Position numbers and translations under genes: made by a program | DNA from: an uncultured bacterium | Lineage (GTDB): Bacteria; Electryoneota; RPQS01 | Assembly: GCA_963735175.1 (NCBI GenBank) | Contig: CAVTJX010000016.1 | Coordinates: forward strand, 603,968-667,967 | Reading direction: 5' to 3' | Length of the DNA: 64,000 bases | The notes under the pieces: model-generated | What the model saw: the letters and a program-made list of their open reading frames with translations, nothing else | Databases searched by the model: none | What the model was told of the DNA's origin: nothing | In this document: piece by piece, positions 54,080-64,000 of the stretch | How the letters are laid out: each line of letters begins with the position of its first letter | How positions within the stretch are numbered: position 1 is the stretch's first letter

Positions 54080-54754
54080 CTAAACCACGGCGAGCGCCTC
54101 CTGCATAATCTTTACACCGGCGCTGGTGCCAAGCCGTGTCGCACCCGCCTCGATCATCGCCAGGGCGTCCTCATAGCTGCGGATGCCGCCCGCGGCTTTG
54201 ACGCCGAGGCCCGCGGGCGCTGAGATCGAAGCCATTAAGCGCACGTCTTCGAGCGTCGCGCCGCCGGTGCTGAAGCCCGTCGAGGTCTTCACGAAATCGG
54301 CCTTTGCTTTAACGCACAATTCGCAGGCGCGGCGCTTCTCCGCGTCGGTGAGCAGCGCGCACTCAAAGATCACTTTCAAGATCGCGCCACCGTCGTGGCA
54401 AGCCTGTGCAAGGTCCGCGATTTCCGCGCCGACCCAGTCGAATTGCGCGGCCTTCATGCCGCCGATCCACAGCACCATGTCGATCTCGCGCGCGCCGAGC
54501 CGCATCGCTTCCGCCGCTTCCGCGAGTTTCATCGCGCTCGTTGCCGCGCCGAGCGGAAAGCCCACCACCGTGCAGGTTTTCACCGCGCTGCCTTCCAGAA
54601 AGCGGGCGGCCATGGAAACATACACCGGATTCACGCACACGGAGGCGAAGGCATGCTCACGGGCCTCGCGGCAGAGCTGCTCGATTTGCGCGGGCGTGGT
54701 TTCCGCCTTCAATGCGGTGTGGTCGATGAGGGCGGCAAGTTGCTCCGGCTTCAC
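54080..54754 (-). CDS. deoC: Deoxyribose-phosphate aldolase
   Basis: Intact 224-aa ORF: ...LIDHTALKAETTPAQIEQLCREA...ASVCVNP...VCTVVGFPLGA...DFVKTSTGF...VKAAGGIR... Confidence 0.9.
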   Translation of the reverse strand: MKPEQLAALIDHTALKAETTPAQIEQLCREAREHAFASVCVNPVYVSMAARFLEGSAVKTCTVVGFPLGAATSAMKLAEAAEAMRLGAREIDMVLWIGGMKAAQFDWVGAEIADLAQACHDGGAILKVIFECALLTDAEKRRACELCVKAKADFVKTSTGFSTGGATLEDVRLMASISAPAGLGVKAAGGIRSYEDALAMIEAGATRLGTSAGVKIMQEALAVV

Positions 54755-55850
54755 TTGACGGATTCCGCTTTGACCTTTTTCGCGATGGCGTCGATGAGCT
54801 GCGCGAACGACGCCGCGAACTTCTGCACACCGTCCTCGATCAGGTCTTCGGTCGCCTGATGAATGTTAACGCCCGCCGCCGTGACATCGGCAAAGACCTT
54901 TTCGGCCAATTCCATGTTATGCAGCAGCAGCGGCGCGGGGCGGCCATGGTCCATCCACGCCTCCATCGTTTCCAGCGGCATGGTGTTGACCGTCTCGTCC
55001 GCCACCAACTCGTTCACATAGATGACATCGGGATAGTCGGGATTCTTCGTTGAGGTGCTGGCCCACAGCGGCCGCTGCACCTGCGCTCCCGCCGCCGCCA
55101 GTTCCTGCCATTGGGCCGATTTCTTCATGGCGAGATAATGCCGGTAGGCGAGGCACGCGTTGGCGATGGCCGTCTTGCCCACGAGGTCTTCGCGGCCTTT
55201 CTCCAGCAACTGTTTGTCAACCAGGGTATCTACGCGGCTGACGAAGAAGCTCGCCACGCTGGCGATTTGCGAAATGTTCTGTCCTTTGTGCAAACGCTCA
55301 TGCAGCGCCCCGAAATAAATGTCCACCACCTCCCGGTACTGCCGCAGCGAGAAGAGCAGGGTGATGTTAACGTTAATCCCCTCGGTCAAGAGCGCGCGGA
55401 TTGCCGGCATGCCTTCGTCCGTGCCCGGCACTTTAATCAGCAAATTGGGCCGGTTGACGCTTTTCCACAGCCGCCGGCCCTCTTCAATCGAGCCCTCAGT
55501 GTCATGCGCCAGCGTGGGTGCAACTTCGATGGACACGAACCCGTCCGTGCCTTTCGAGGCGTCGAAGACGCCGCGCAGCGCATCGCACGCGCGCGCGACA
55601 TCGGTCACCGCGAGGTGTTCGAAAATCTGCTCCGGACTCCAATTCCTTCGATACCCTGGTGGATGTCGTCATTGTAGTCGGCGCTGCCGCTGATGGCCTT
55701 CTGAAAGATTGAGGGATTCGAGGTCATGCCGCGCGCGCCGAGGTCGATCAACCGCTGCAGCTCGCCCGATTCCATGAGGTGGCGGCTGATGAAATCCAGC
55801 CAGATGGATTGCCCCAGATCGAGAGTTTTTTTGATGACAGGATGACTCAC
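54751..55850 (-). CDS. tal: Transaldolase (one frame break near 55645)
   Basis: ORF 55605..55850 (...LGQSIWLDFISRHLMESGELQRLIDLGARGMTSNPSIFQKAI...) and ORF 54751..55608 (...DGFVSIEVAPTLAHDTEGSIEEGRRLWKSVNRPNLLIKVPGTDEGMPAIRALLTEGINVNITLLFS...). Confidence 0.9.
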
Positions 55851-55892
55851 CGATGGCTCCGTCGTTGTGATTGAGGGTAGTACGCGCGGCGG

Positions 55893-56343
55893 TTACTTGC
55901 CGGCCGCTTCGATATCCAGCACTTTGCGGAGCCGCCGCTCGTGCCGTTCCAGATGCGAGAATTTGGCCTTCAGGAAGGCGCTGACGATTTCTTTCGCCAC
56001 TTCACCGCCGACCACGCGCGCGCCCAGGCAGAGCACGTTGACGTCGTCGTCTTCGACACCCTGCCGGGCGGAAAACGTATCCGCCGAAAGGCCGGCGCGC
56101 ACGCCCTTGATTTTATTCGCGGCCACGCACGCGCCGACGCCGCTGCCGCAGACGATCAGTCCGCGCTCGGTCTTGCCGTCAATCACCGCGTTGCCCACGG
56201 CGCGCGCATAGTCCGGGTAGTCCACGGCCTCCGTGGAGTTCGTGCCCAAATCGAGCAGGGTGTGCCCCTGCCGCTCCAGCCACGGCACAAGTTCCGATTT
56301 TAAGAGGATACCCCGCGTGATCGCAACCGATTGCGATTTTCAT
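55893..56343 (-). CDS. rpiB: Ribose-5-phosphate isomerase B (one frame break at an A/T run, 56298-56301)
   Basis: [15 protein letters not shown]... after GGAGG. The frame is restored by removing one A from AAAA, giving ...SELVPWLERQGHTLLDLGTNSTEAVDYPDYA...GLIVCGSGVGACVAANKIKGVRA (ORF 55893..56288). Confidence 0.9.
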
Positions 56344-58347
56344 GCTTTCCTCCCCGCCAGTATCCGCGCCTGCGCCACGACGTGCGCCACGTTGAAGCCG
56401 AATTTTTCCATCAATACCTCGCCGGCGCGGACGCACCGAAGCGATCGAGACCGATGACGCCGCCCGCCAGTCCGGTGTATTTCCACCAGCCGCAGGTCGC
56501 GCCCGCCTCGATGGCCAACCGCGCCGTGATTGCGGCAGGCAGCACCGCTTCGCGATACTCGCGCGCCTGCGCGTCAAACAATTCGAGACACGGCATCGAG
56601 ACCACGCGCGTGGCAAGACCCTCGGTCTCAAGCTGTTCGCGGGCTTTCACCGCCAGTTGCACTTCGCTGCCCGTCGCCATCAGGATCAGATCCGGCTTAC
56701 CGTTCGAAGCTTCGGCCAGAACATACGCGCCGCGCTCCGGTTGCAGTTTGTACGTGGCCGGATCGAGCGTCATGACACTTTGCCGCGTGAGCACGAGCGC
56801 GGAGGGTCCGGCTTTGCGCTCCAGCGCGATGCGCCAGCATGCCGCGGTTTCATTGGGATCGGCGGGCCGCAACGTCCACAGGTTCGGCGTGGCGCGCATC
56901 GTCCAAAGCTGCTCCACCGGCTGATGCGTGGGCCCGTCTTCGCCGAGGCCGATGGAATCGTGCGTGTAAACGTAAATCACCGGCAGATTGGACAGCGCCG
57001 CCAGCCGCACCGACGGTTTCATATAATCGAGAAAACTCAGAAACGTGCTGCCGAAGGGGATGAACGGTCCCGCGAGCGCGATGCCGTTCAGAATCGCCCC
57101 CATGCCATGTTCGCGAATGCCGAAGCGCAGATTGCGTCCGCCGAAATGGCCCTTTTCGAAATCGCCCAGATCCTTCATGTAGGTCAGGTTCGATTCCGCG
57201 AGATCCGCCGATCCGCCGATCAGCCACGGCATTGCCGGAGCGAGGCGGTTCAGCACTTCTTCGGAGGCTTTGCGGGTGGCAAGCGGCTTATCCTTTGAAC
57301 TCCAGCGCGGAAGGCGGGTTTCCCAGTCGATCACGCGCTCCCTGCCCCAGAAGGCACTCCACTGCCGGGAAAAATCCGGCGACTGTGCCCTGGCCGTCTC
57401 AAGTGCCGCGTTCCAATCGGCTTGTAATTTTTCGCCGCGCGGAATGGCCGCCCGGAAATGCTTCAGCGCCTCGTTCGGGATGTAGAATTTTTTATCTTCG
57501 GGCCAACCCAGCTCCCGCTTGGTGGCCGCCACTTCCTCCTCGCCCAGCGGCGAACCGTGCGCCTTGGAGGAATTGGCCTTGTGAGGCGAACCGAAACCGA
57601 TGATCGTACGGCAGCGAATCAACGTGGGCCGCCCGGTTTCATCGATCCCCGCCTGAACCGCCTGCTCCACCGCATCCGCATCGAGGCCGTCCACCGCCAG
57701 CACGTGCCAGCCGTAAGCTTCAAAGCGTTTACCCACGTCCTCGCTGAACGACAAATCGGTGGTACCGTCGATCGTAATGTGATTGTCGTCGTAGAGCAGC
57801 ACGATGTTGCCGAGGCCCAGATGCCCCGCGAGCGAAGCCGCTTCCGACGCCACGCCCTCCATTAAGTCGCCGTCCGAACACAAACCGAATACGCGGTAAT
57901 CGATAAGTTCACGCCCCGGCGCATTGAATGTCGCCGCCAGATGCTCGCGTGCCATCGCCATGCCCACGATGTTGCCGACGCCCTGCCCCAATGGGCCCGT
58001 GGTCGCTTCGACGCCCGGCGTGAGATGCGATTCGGGATGGCCCGGCGTCTGACTTTCCCACTGGCGAAAATGCTGGATCTGTTCCAGATCGTCATGTCCT
58101 TGTAGCCGGTCAAATGCAGCAGCGAATAGAGCAGCATGGATCCGTGGCCCGCCGACAGCACGAAGCGGTCGCGGTTAATCCAGGCGGGATCGGAGGGATT
58201 GAAACGCAGAAATTTCGTGTAGACGACATAGCCCATCGCCGCCGCGCCCAGGGGTAACCCCGGATGGCCGGAGTTGGCCTGTTGCACGGCGTCAATCGAA
58301 AGGGTTCGCAGAGTGTTGATGCAGAGAGTGTCGAGAGCAGAACTCAT
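56340..58347 (-). CDS. tkt: Transketolase (two frame breaks, near 58088 and 56422)
   Basis: [41 protein letters not shown]...[20 protein letters not shown] (ORF 57862..58470). Then ...[16 protein letters not shown]...[10 protein letters not shown]...[19 protein letters not shown] (ORF 56411..57991). The tail ...[27 protein letters not shown] was translated by hand. Its TGA overlaps the rpiB ATG. Confidence 0.93.
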
Positions 58348-58433
58348 GGGGGGTGGGATTCCGGTGAAAGGTGGGAAAGACGCCGCCGGCGGCGCCCGGG
58401 CGGACACCGCCGGCTTCGAGAATTGCAGGAACA

Positions 58434-58468
58434 GACAGGACGACGGGAGCGGGTCCCGTCGTCCTGTC
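58434..58468 (-). terminator. Perfect 15-bp hairpin after the giant repeat-protein gene
   Basis: GACAGGACGACGGGA-GCGGG-TCCCGTCGTCCTGTC, 30 nt after the stop at 58498-58500. It is followed only weakly by T residues. Confidence 0.45.
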
Positions 58469-58497
58469 ACGAACGAAAGCTCATCCGCAACCGCGTT

Positions 58498-61400
58498 TTA
58501 CTTCATCAAGAGCATCTTGCGCAGCAGCACGCGGTCGGGAGATTCAAGCCGCAACATATACATGCCGCTCGGGCAGTGCGAACAGTCCCACGTTACCGTG
58601 TGAATGCCCGGCTGCATCGTTTCATTCACGATGGTTTCGATCTTCGCGACCCATCAGATCGTAGACCACGACCTTGACTTCCGCCGCTCGCGGCACACCA
58701 AACCGGATGCTGGTGAGCGGGTTGAACGGATTCGGGTAGTTCTGGTCGAGGAAGAACTCCTTGGGGATCGTGTTCTCGAAGCGCGACACGATGGCGACCG
58801 GCGGAGTGACCACGAACGGATCACTGGTCAACGTATCCCGCCGCGTTCCGCGGACGCTGATGACGCGGAGGCGCGAGTTCGGCGTGTTGTCGGAGACCAT
58901 CGGGATCGACACCGAGTCGTAAAGTTGCGCGGCGCTTAAGAGATCGAGATAGCCATACGCGCCGCCATTGAGCGAGAGGAACACCGAATCGGTTTGCACG
59001 CCGCCGCACCGCAGGTAGTCCACACGATACTGCTGGCCCGAATGTAACGTGTCCGGAATGTTGGTCGTGATTTCGAGCAGCGGCCGCAGGTGGCCGAAGA
59101 CGACTCCCGAGGGTGTGCTCTGACCGCACGCGTTGTTGTACGCCGCCACCGTGTAGGCATGGCTGCGGCCGTCATTCACGGCGTTATCGACAAAGCGCAG
59201 CACCGTTACCGTATCAAGCACCACGAGGTCGCGGCGGATGATATAGCCGACCACCGTGCCCGTCGACGCGGTCCAGGTCAGACGAATCGAATCGCACATC
59301 GCCGGCGCCGCCTGTACGTTGGCCGGGGTCGACGGAGCCGCGAAGCTCGTGCCGTTCACCGCCGCGGTGGCCGGACCGTCGCCGCAGAGGTTGCTGTGCG
59401 CGCGCACCGAATAGGCATAGGTGCCCGCCGTCACGTGATCGATCCAGTAGCGGTCCGTCGTGTCCGATGAAACTACCTGCACGATGGTCGCGCCGCGGTA
59501 GATGTAGTAGCTGTTCACCGCGCCGGTGGCCGCGCCCCAGCGAATCCCGACCATGCCGCAACTGTCGCGGACGGTAATCGAGGCCGGAGCCGACGGCGTC
59601 TGAACTCGCGTGCCCGTCACGTCCGCCGAAGCCAGGCCGGTGCCGCAGCGATTGACGGCCCGCACCGCATAGATGTACGTACCCGCCGCCGGCGCATCCG
59701 CGTAGCGGACCACATCCTGCAACGTGGAGGCGATCTGAGTGCCACCGCGGAGGATCTGGTAGGCCGAGTCGCTGGGCAGATCCGTCCACGTGATGATGAT
59801 ACTGTCGCAACGGGTCGTCGTCGCCGCCACGCCTGTCACCTGAAGCGGCGTCGTCAGCCGCGTTCCCTGATCCGTTACCAGCGCCGCCGAGTCGCATGCG
59901 TTATAGGAACGCACCGCGTACAGATATGTTCCCGCCGCCGGCGTGTCGGTGAATGTCGTCACGTCCAGCGCCGTCGTGCCGACCAGCGTGGCATCGCGAT
60001 AGATCCGGTAGCCGGTTTCACCGGTGACATCCGGCCAGGTGACCACCACGTTGGTGCAACTGTTTTCACTGGCGGTCACACTTGCCACCGCCGCCGGAGC
60101 GCCAAGGCGCGTACCCGCCAGCGTGTTCGATTCCGGACCCGCGCCGCACACGTTAAAGGCCACGATCTTGTAATTGTGCGCGCCGACCGCGGCCGCCGCG
60201 TCGTTGTAGTGAACCGCGTTCGGTCCGAGTTCCGCGATCTGCGCCTTATCGCGCAGCACACGGTAGCCCAGTTCTCCGGTCAGGTCCTGCCACGTCACGG
60301 TAATGCTGTCGCAGTATGTCGACGAAGCCGCCGACAACACCACCGCCGCCATCGTCGGCAGCCGGGTTCCGGCATCGGCCGCCGAAAGCGTGCCGCTGCC
60401 GCAGGCATTGAACGCCTGCACTGTATACTGGATAAGTACCCGCCGGCGCGGTGGAATCCGCGACAGCGCCCACGAGGGTGTCGGTTTGCGTCTGCACCAG
60501 CGTGCCGTCACGGAAGAGGTAGTAGCCCGCCGCGTTCTGGACGTTGGTCCACGTCACCGTGACCGCGCCACACGCACTGTCGGCCGCCACCACACTGAGG
60601 ACCTGGTTCGGCAGTTTCAGCCGGAAGCCCAGGACCGGGGGAGTATTCAGGGCGCCGACGCCGCAGGCGTTGATGCCCTTGATCTGATAATTCACCACCA
60701 GGCCCGAATCCGGCCGGTCCGCATACCGTGTGACGTTGGCAGCGAGGATCCCCAGCGAAGTGCCGTTGCGGAAAATTTCGTAGGAACTCTCGTCCACCAG
60801 ATCGGTCCACGTTACGATGACCGAGTCGCAGCGGTTACCCGTTGCCGTCATCGACGTCACCACGGCGGGCACGTCGGCCACGCGGCCGTTGATCACGGCG
60901 GAAGCGATACCCAAACCGCAAGCGTTCCGGGGAGCGATCGTGTAAGCATACGGGCCGGGGATCGCCAGGTTATCACGGTAGGTCGTGACATCCGCCAGCG
61001 TCGAATCGGCCAGCACGCCGTCGCGATAAATATAGTATTTCAGTTCTGTGACGACATCCGCCCAGGTGAGCGTAATGCTCGTGCAACTGTCCACTGTCGC
61101 CGATCCGCCCGTCACCTGCGGCGGCGCGGAGAAGCGGAAACCGGCGGCCGAGGCTGAGGCCGGTCCGACACCGCAGACATTGACGCCCGCTACGGTATAG
61201 GTGTGCGCGCCCGCGCTCGCGGTAATGTCGGCATAAGCCGTCACGTTGGCGCTCACCGTGCCCACCGGCGTCGACCCGCCGTCACGGAAGATCTGGTAAC
61301 CGGTTTCGTTCGTGAGGTCGGTCCAAGTCAGGTGAACGCTGTCGCACAACGTGGTTGTCGCCGCGACGTTGGTTACCTGCGCGGTGCCTTGCACCCGCGT

Positions 61401-64000
61401 GCCGGTAGCCGTCGCCGAAGCCGCAGCCGCGCCGCACGTGTTCTTCGCGACCACCGCGTAAACATACGGCGTCCCCGCCACGGCAGTCGCGTCGGTATAA
61501 ACCAGGACGCCCGCGAGGACCGAATCCAGAACCGTTCCGTCACGCGAAATCACATAGCGCGTTTCGGTCGCGACGTCTGTCCAGGCGAGATGTACTGCCG
61601 CGCAGCTCGTATCCGAAGCCGCGAGGCCGGTAACCACGTCCGGAACATCGGCGCGGCTACCCGAGGCGGCAATCGACTGCGAACCGACACCGCAGGCGTT
61701 CTGCGCCGCTACCCGGTAGTCGTGCGGCGCCCGCGGGACGACCGTCGTATCGGTGTAACTTGTCGTTCCCGCCGTCACGGAGTCAACCAAGCCGCCGTCA
61801 CGGTAGACCATATATTGCACCGCATCGGTCACCGCATCCCATTGCATGACCACGCCAAAGCAGTTGGTTGGTCGAGGCTGACAGACCCACCACCTGCGTG
61901 GGGATCACCAACCGCTGGGCGGACGCCGTGTCTGAGAACGCGGTGTTCCCGCAGAGCGCCGATAGCGCCAGTAACTTGTATGTATACCGCGTGCCGAAAG
62001 CGGCAGTGATGTCAGTGAAACTCGTCGTTGCGCCATCCACACTCGTCAGCAGCACATCGTCGCGATGGATTACATAGCCCACCGGCGTGCCGGTCGAAGC
62101 ACTCCACGCCACCGTGACGCCTGAGCACACACCCGTCGCCGTCACGTTCTGCGGCACGCCCACGTCGGAAATACGATGTCCGGTCGATCCGGCCGTCGAA
62201 TCCGTCTCGCCGCACACGTCGTCAAACGCCGTGACGGTGTAACGATAATCGACGCCCGACGTCGTGATTTCGGCGAAACGAGTCTGCCCGCCGGGGATCG
62301 TCGCGTGCAGTGCGCCGTTCCGGTACAACATGTAAGAATCCAGCGTTCCCGTCGAAGCCGTCCACGTGACGACGACCGAGTCGCACTGGGTTGTCGATGC
62401 CGTCACATTCGCCGGGGCCGTCGGCGCAACCTGCCTTACACCAAAGACCGCAGTCGGTGGCGTGGGTTCTGTACAGGTCGCGGAATAGGTGCGAATCACA
62501 TAGGAATGCGGTCCGTCGGTCACGCCGCTATCGATATAGTTGTCCGCGTTCGCGGCCGTGGTGTCGAGTTCCGTACCGTCGCGCACGATGATATAGCCGG
62601 TGACCGCGCCCGTGCCCGGTGTCCAGGACAATCGAATCCCATCGCAACGTGTGGTGGATACCTGCACATTGCTGACCGCCGTCGGCAGCGCCGGCATCGT
62701 TCCGGTTACCGCCGGTGACTGCCCGCCTTCCACCGCGCAATCGTTGGAAAACGCGGCGATCCGGTACTGGTGGCCGCCCACACTGCCCGGCACGGCGTCG
62801 TAAGCCAGTACGCCCACCAGCACGCTCGCGATGTGCGTTCCATCCTGATAAATGCGGAAGCTGTCGACGTCGCCGGTCGTGGCGCCCCAGGTGAGATGCA
62901 CGCCCGTGCAGAGGTTATCTGTTGCTGTCACGCTGGGCGGAATGCCCGGAGTCACCAGCCGTTCACCCGCCGCCGCCGCGCTCAGCGCGGTCTCGCCGCA
63001 CTGGTCACTCACCGCGGAAACGGTATAGCTGCTGGGGCCTGTCGGCGCCGCCGCGTCATCATAGGCTGTCAACGTTCCCGCAATCGTCGTCACGAGCGTC
63101 GCATCGCGATAGATCTTGTAATGGTCCACGTCGCCGGTCGAGGCGGTCCACGTGAGCGCCACGCGGTCACAGTGATTTACGCTGGCCGCGAGGTTCGTTG
63201 GCTGCGTCGGCGCGATCAAGCGATGTCCGGCGTCCGCCGTAGAAATTGCGCCCGCGCCGCAGCCGTTGTATGCCTGAACCGTGTAGTTGTAAACCGTACC
63301 CGGAACGCCGGAAGCGTCCGTAAAGGCGGTGACACCGGTAAGCGTCGCGCCCAGGGTAAGGCCGTCGCGCTTCACGACGAAGCTGTCGACCAGGGCCTGC
63401 GCTGTCCAGGTGATCCGCACGTTGGCGCAACTGTCCTCGGATGCGGCTACGCCCACAACCTGGGCCGGAAGTCCGAGACGCGCACCGAGGTCGCCCGCCG
63501 CCACAAGGCCGAGACCGCAGTTATTGAAACCGACCACCGTATAGATGTGCGCCGCGTTCGAGTCCACCGGCACATGGGCAAAGCGTGTCACATTGGCCGC
63601 CACCGTTCCGATGTGGGAGCCGTCGCGCAGCACGGCAAAACTGTCCTCACTCGCGATATCCGTCCAGGTCACAATCACGCTGTCGCAGCGGTTCTCGCTC
63701 GCGGCAATGTTCGTAACGAGCGGCGTCGAAGGCAGGCGGCTGCCCGTCACCGTAGCGGAAGCGGTGCCCGAACCACAGGGATTCACGGCCACCACATAAT
63801 AGTCGAGATTGCCGGTCCCCGCGCCCACGTCCGTATAAGCCGTCACGTTGGTCGCGGTCGATCCGATCAACGTGCCGCCGCGGAACACCTGATACGCCGT
63901 ATCGCCCACCACATCGTTCCACACGAGGTAGACAACCGCGCAGCTTGTGTCCGAGGCCGCCAGTCCTGTAACCGGCTCCGGCAGGGCGCGCGCATAACCC
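58498..64000 (-). CDS. Giant cell-surface protein: about 19 tandem FN3-like ~79-aa modules, a unique domain, and a T9SS C-terminal sorting domain (5' end beyond the window; three or more frame breaks)
   Basis: ORFs 61798..63924, 60246..61853 and 58622..60511 form one continuous array of modules of the form C-(D/S)-x-(V/I)-x-(V/L)-T-W-(T/x)...Y-x-(I/V)-(Y/F)-R-D-G...Y-x-D...Y-x-Y-x-V-x-A-x-N-x-C-G-x-G...G-x-R. The C-terminus is FFLDQNYPNPFNPLTSIRFGVPRAAEVKVVVYDLMGRE, then (after a frame shift) IETIVNETMQPGIHTVTWD...GMYMLRLESPDRVLLRKMLLMK-stop. Confidence 0.8.

Noticed and set aside
58498-64000. Regular ~237-bp periodicity, which could suggest a CRISPR array or satellite DNA.
   Set aside because: The period corresponds to a ~79-aa protein module within a continuous coding frame. 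The units are diverged, and there are no short identical direct repeats separated by unique spacers. The short tandem repeats at 21261 and 37091 have only two to three units and no spacers.

Overview
High-GC bacterial chromosome segment, mostly minus-strand genes. I saw no rRNA, tRNA or CRISPR.

Layout:
- 1-14.96 kb: core flagellar cluster in a Bacillus fla/che-like order (flgC, 78-aa ORF, fliE, fliF, fliG, fliH, fliI, fliJ, ylxF-like, fliK, Zn-ribbon ORF, flgD, TIGR02530-like, flgE, fliL, fliM, fliN), with two candidate sigma-54 promoters.
- 15.3-18.7 kb: two secreted DUF2703-like paralogs (one with an in-frame amber codon), an EamA-like protein, a DUF4846-like protein and a TSUP permease.
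- 18.7-26.5 kb: aspA, nadA, an M28 peptidase with a C-terminal extension, uvrA.
- 26.5-28.5 kb: a near-consensus sigma-70 promoter with a candidate small RNA or leader, then an orphan NtrC-type sigma-54 activator.
- Three proteins end in T9SS (Por-type) C-terminal sorting domains: 28.8-31.3 kb, 40.8-42.2 kb and 58.5 to beyond 64 kb. The last is a giant array of about 19 FN3-like ~79-aa modules that runs off the window.
- Between them: ftsH, cobO, an outer-membrane barrel, proS, an M20 amidohydrolase, a decayed REP-associated tyrosine transposase (RAYT) flanked by its REP hairpins, an aldo/keto reductase, lpd, trxB, a contiguous seven-gene shikimate operon (aroF-aroA-aroE-aroC-aroK-aroB-aroQ), a thioredoxin-NHL protein, and a tkt-rpiB-tal-deoC operon.

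Global property: dozens of 1-nt frame breaks interrupt otherwise conserved genes, several at homopolymer runs. Uncorrected indel errors are the simplest explanation, so I call these genes CDS with frame breaks rather than pseudogenes.

I found no defence island and no clearly novel multi-gene system. The most interesting items are:
- the two unassigned small ORFs and the sigma-54 / palindrome architecture in the flagellar cluster;
- the promoter-terminator unit at 26.56-26.71 kb;
- the RAYT/REP system;
- the giant repeat protein.

All functional calls come from my own motif recognition on the ORF track and hand translation. No searches were run.
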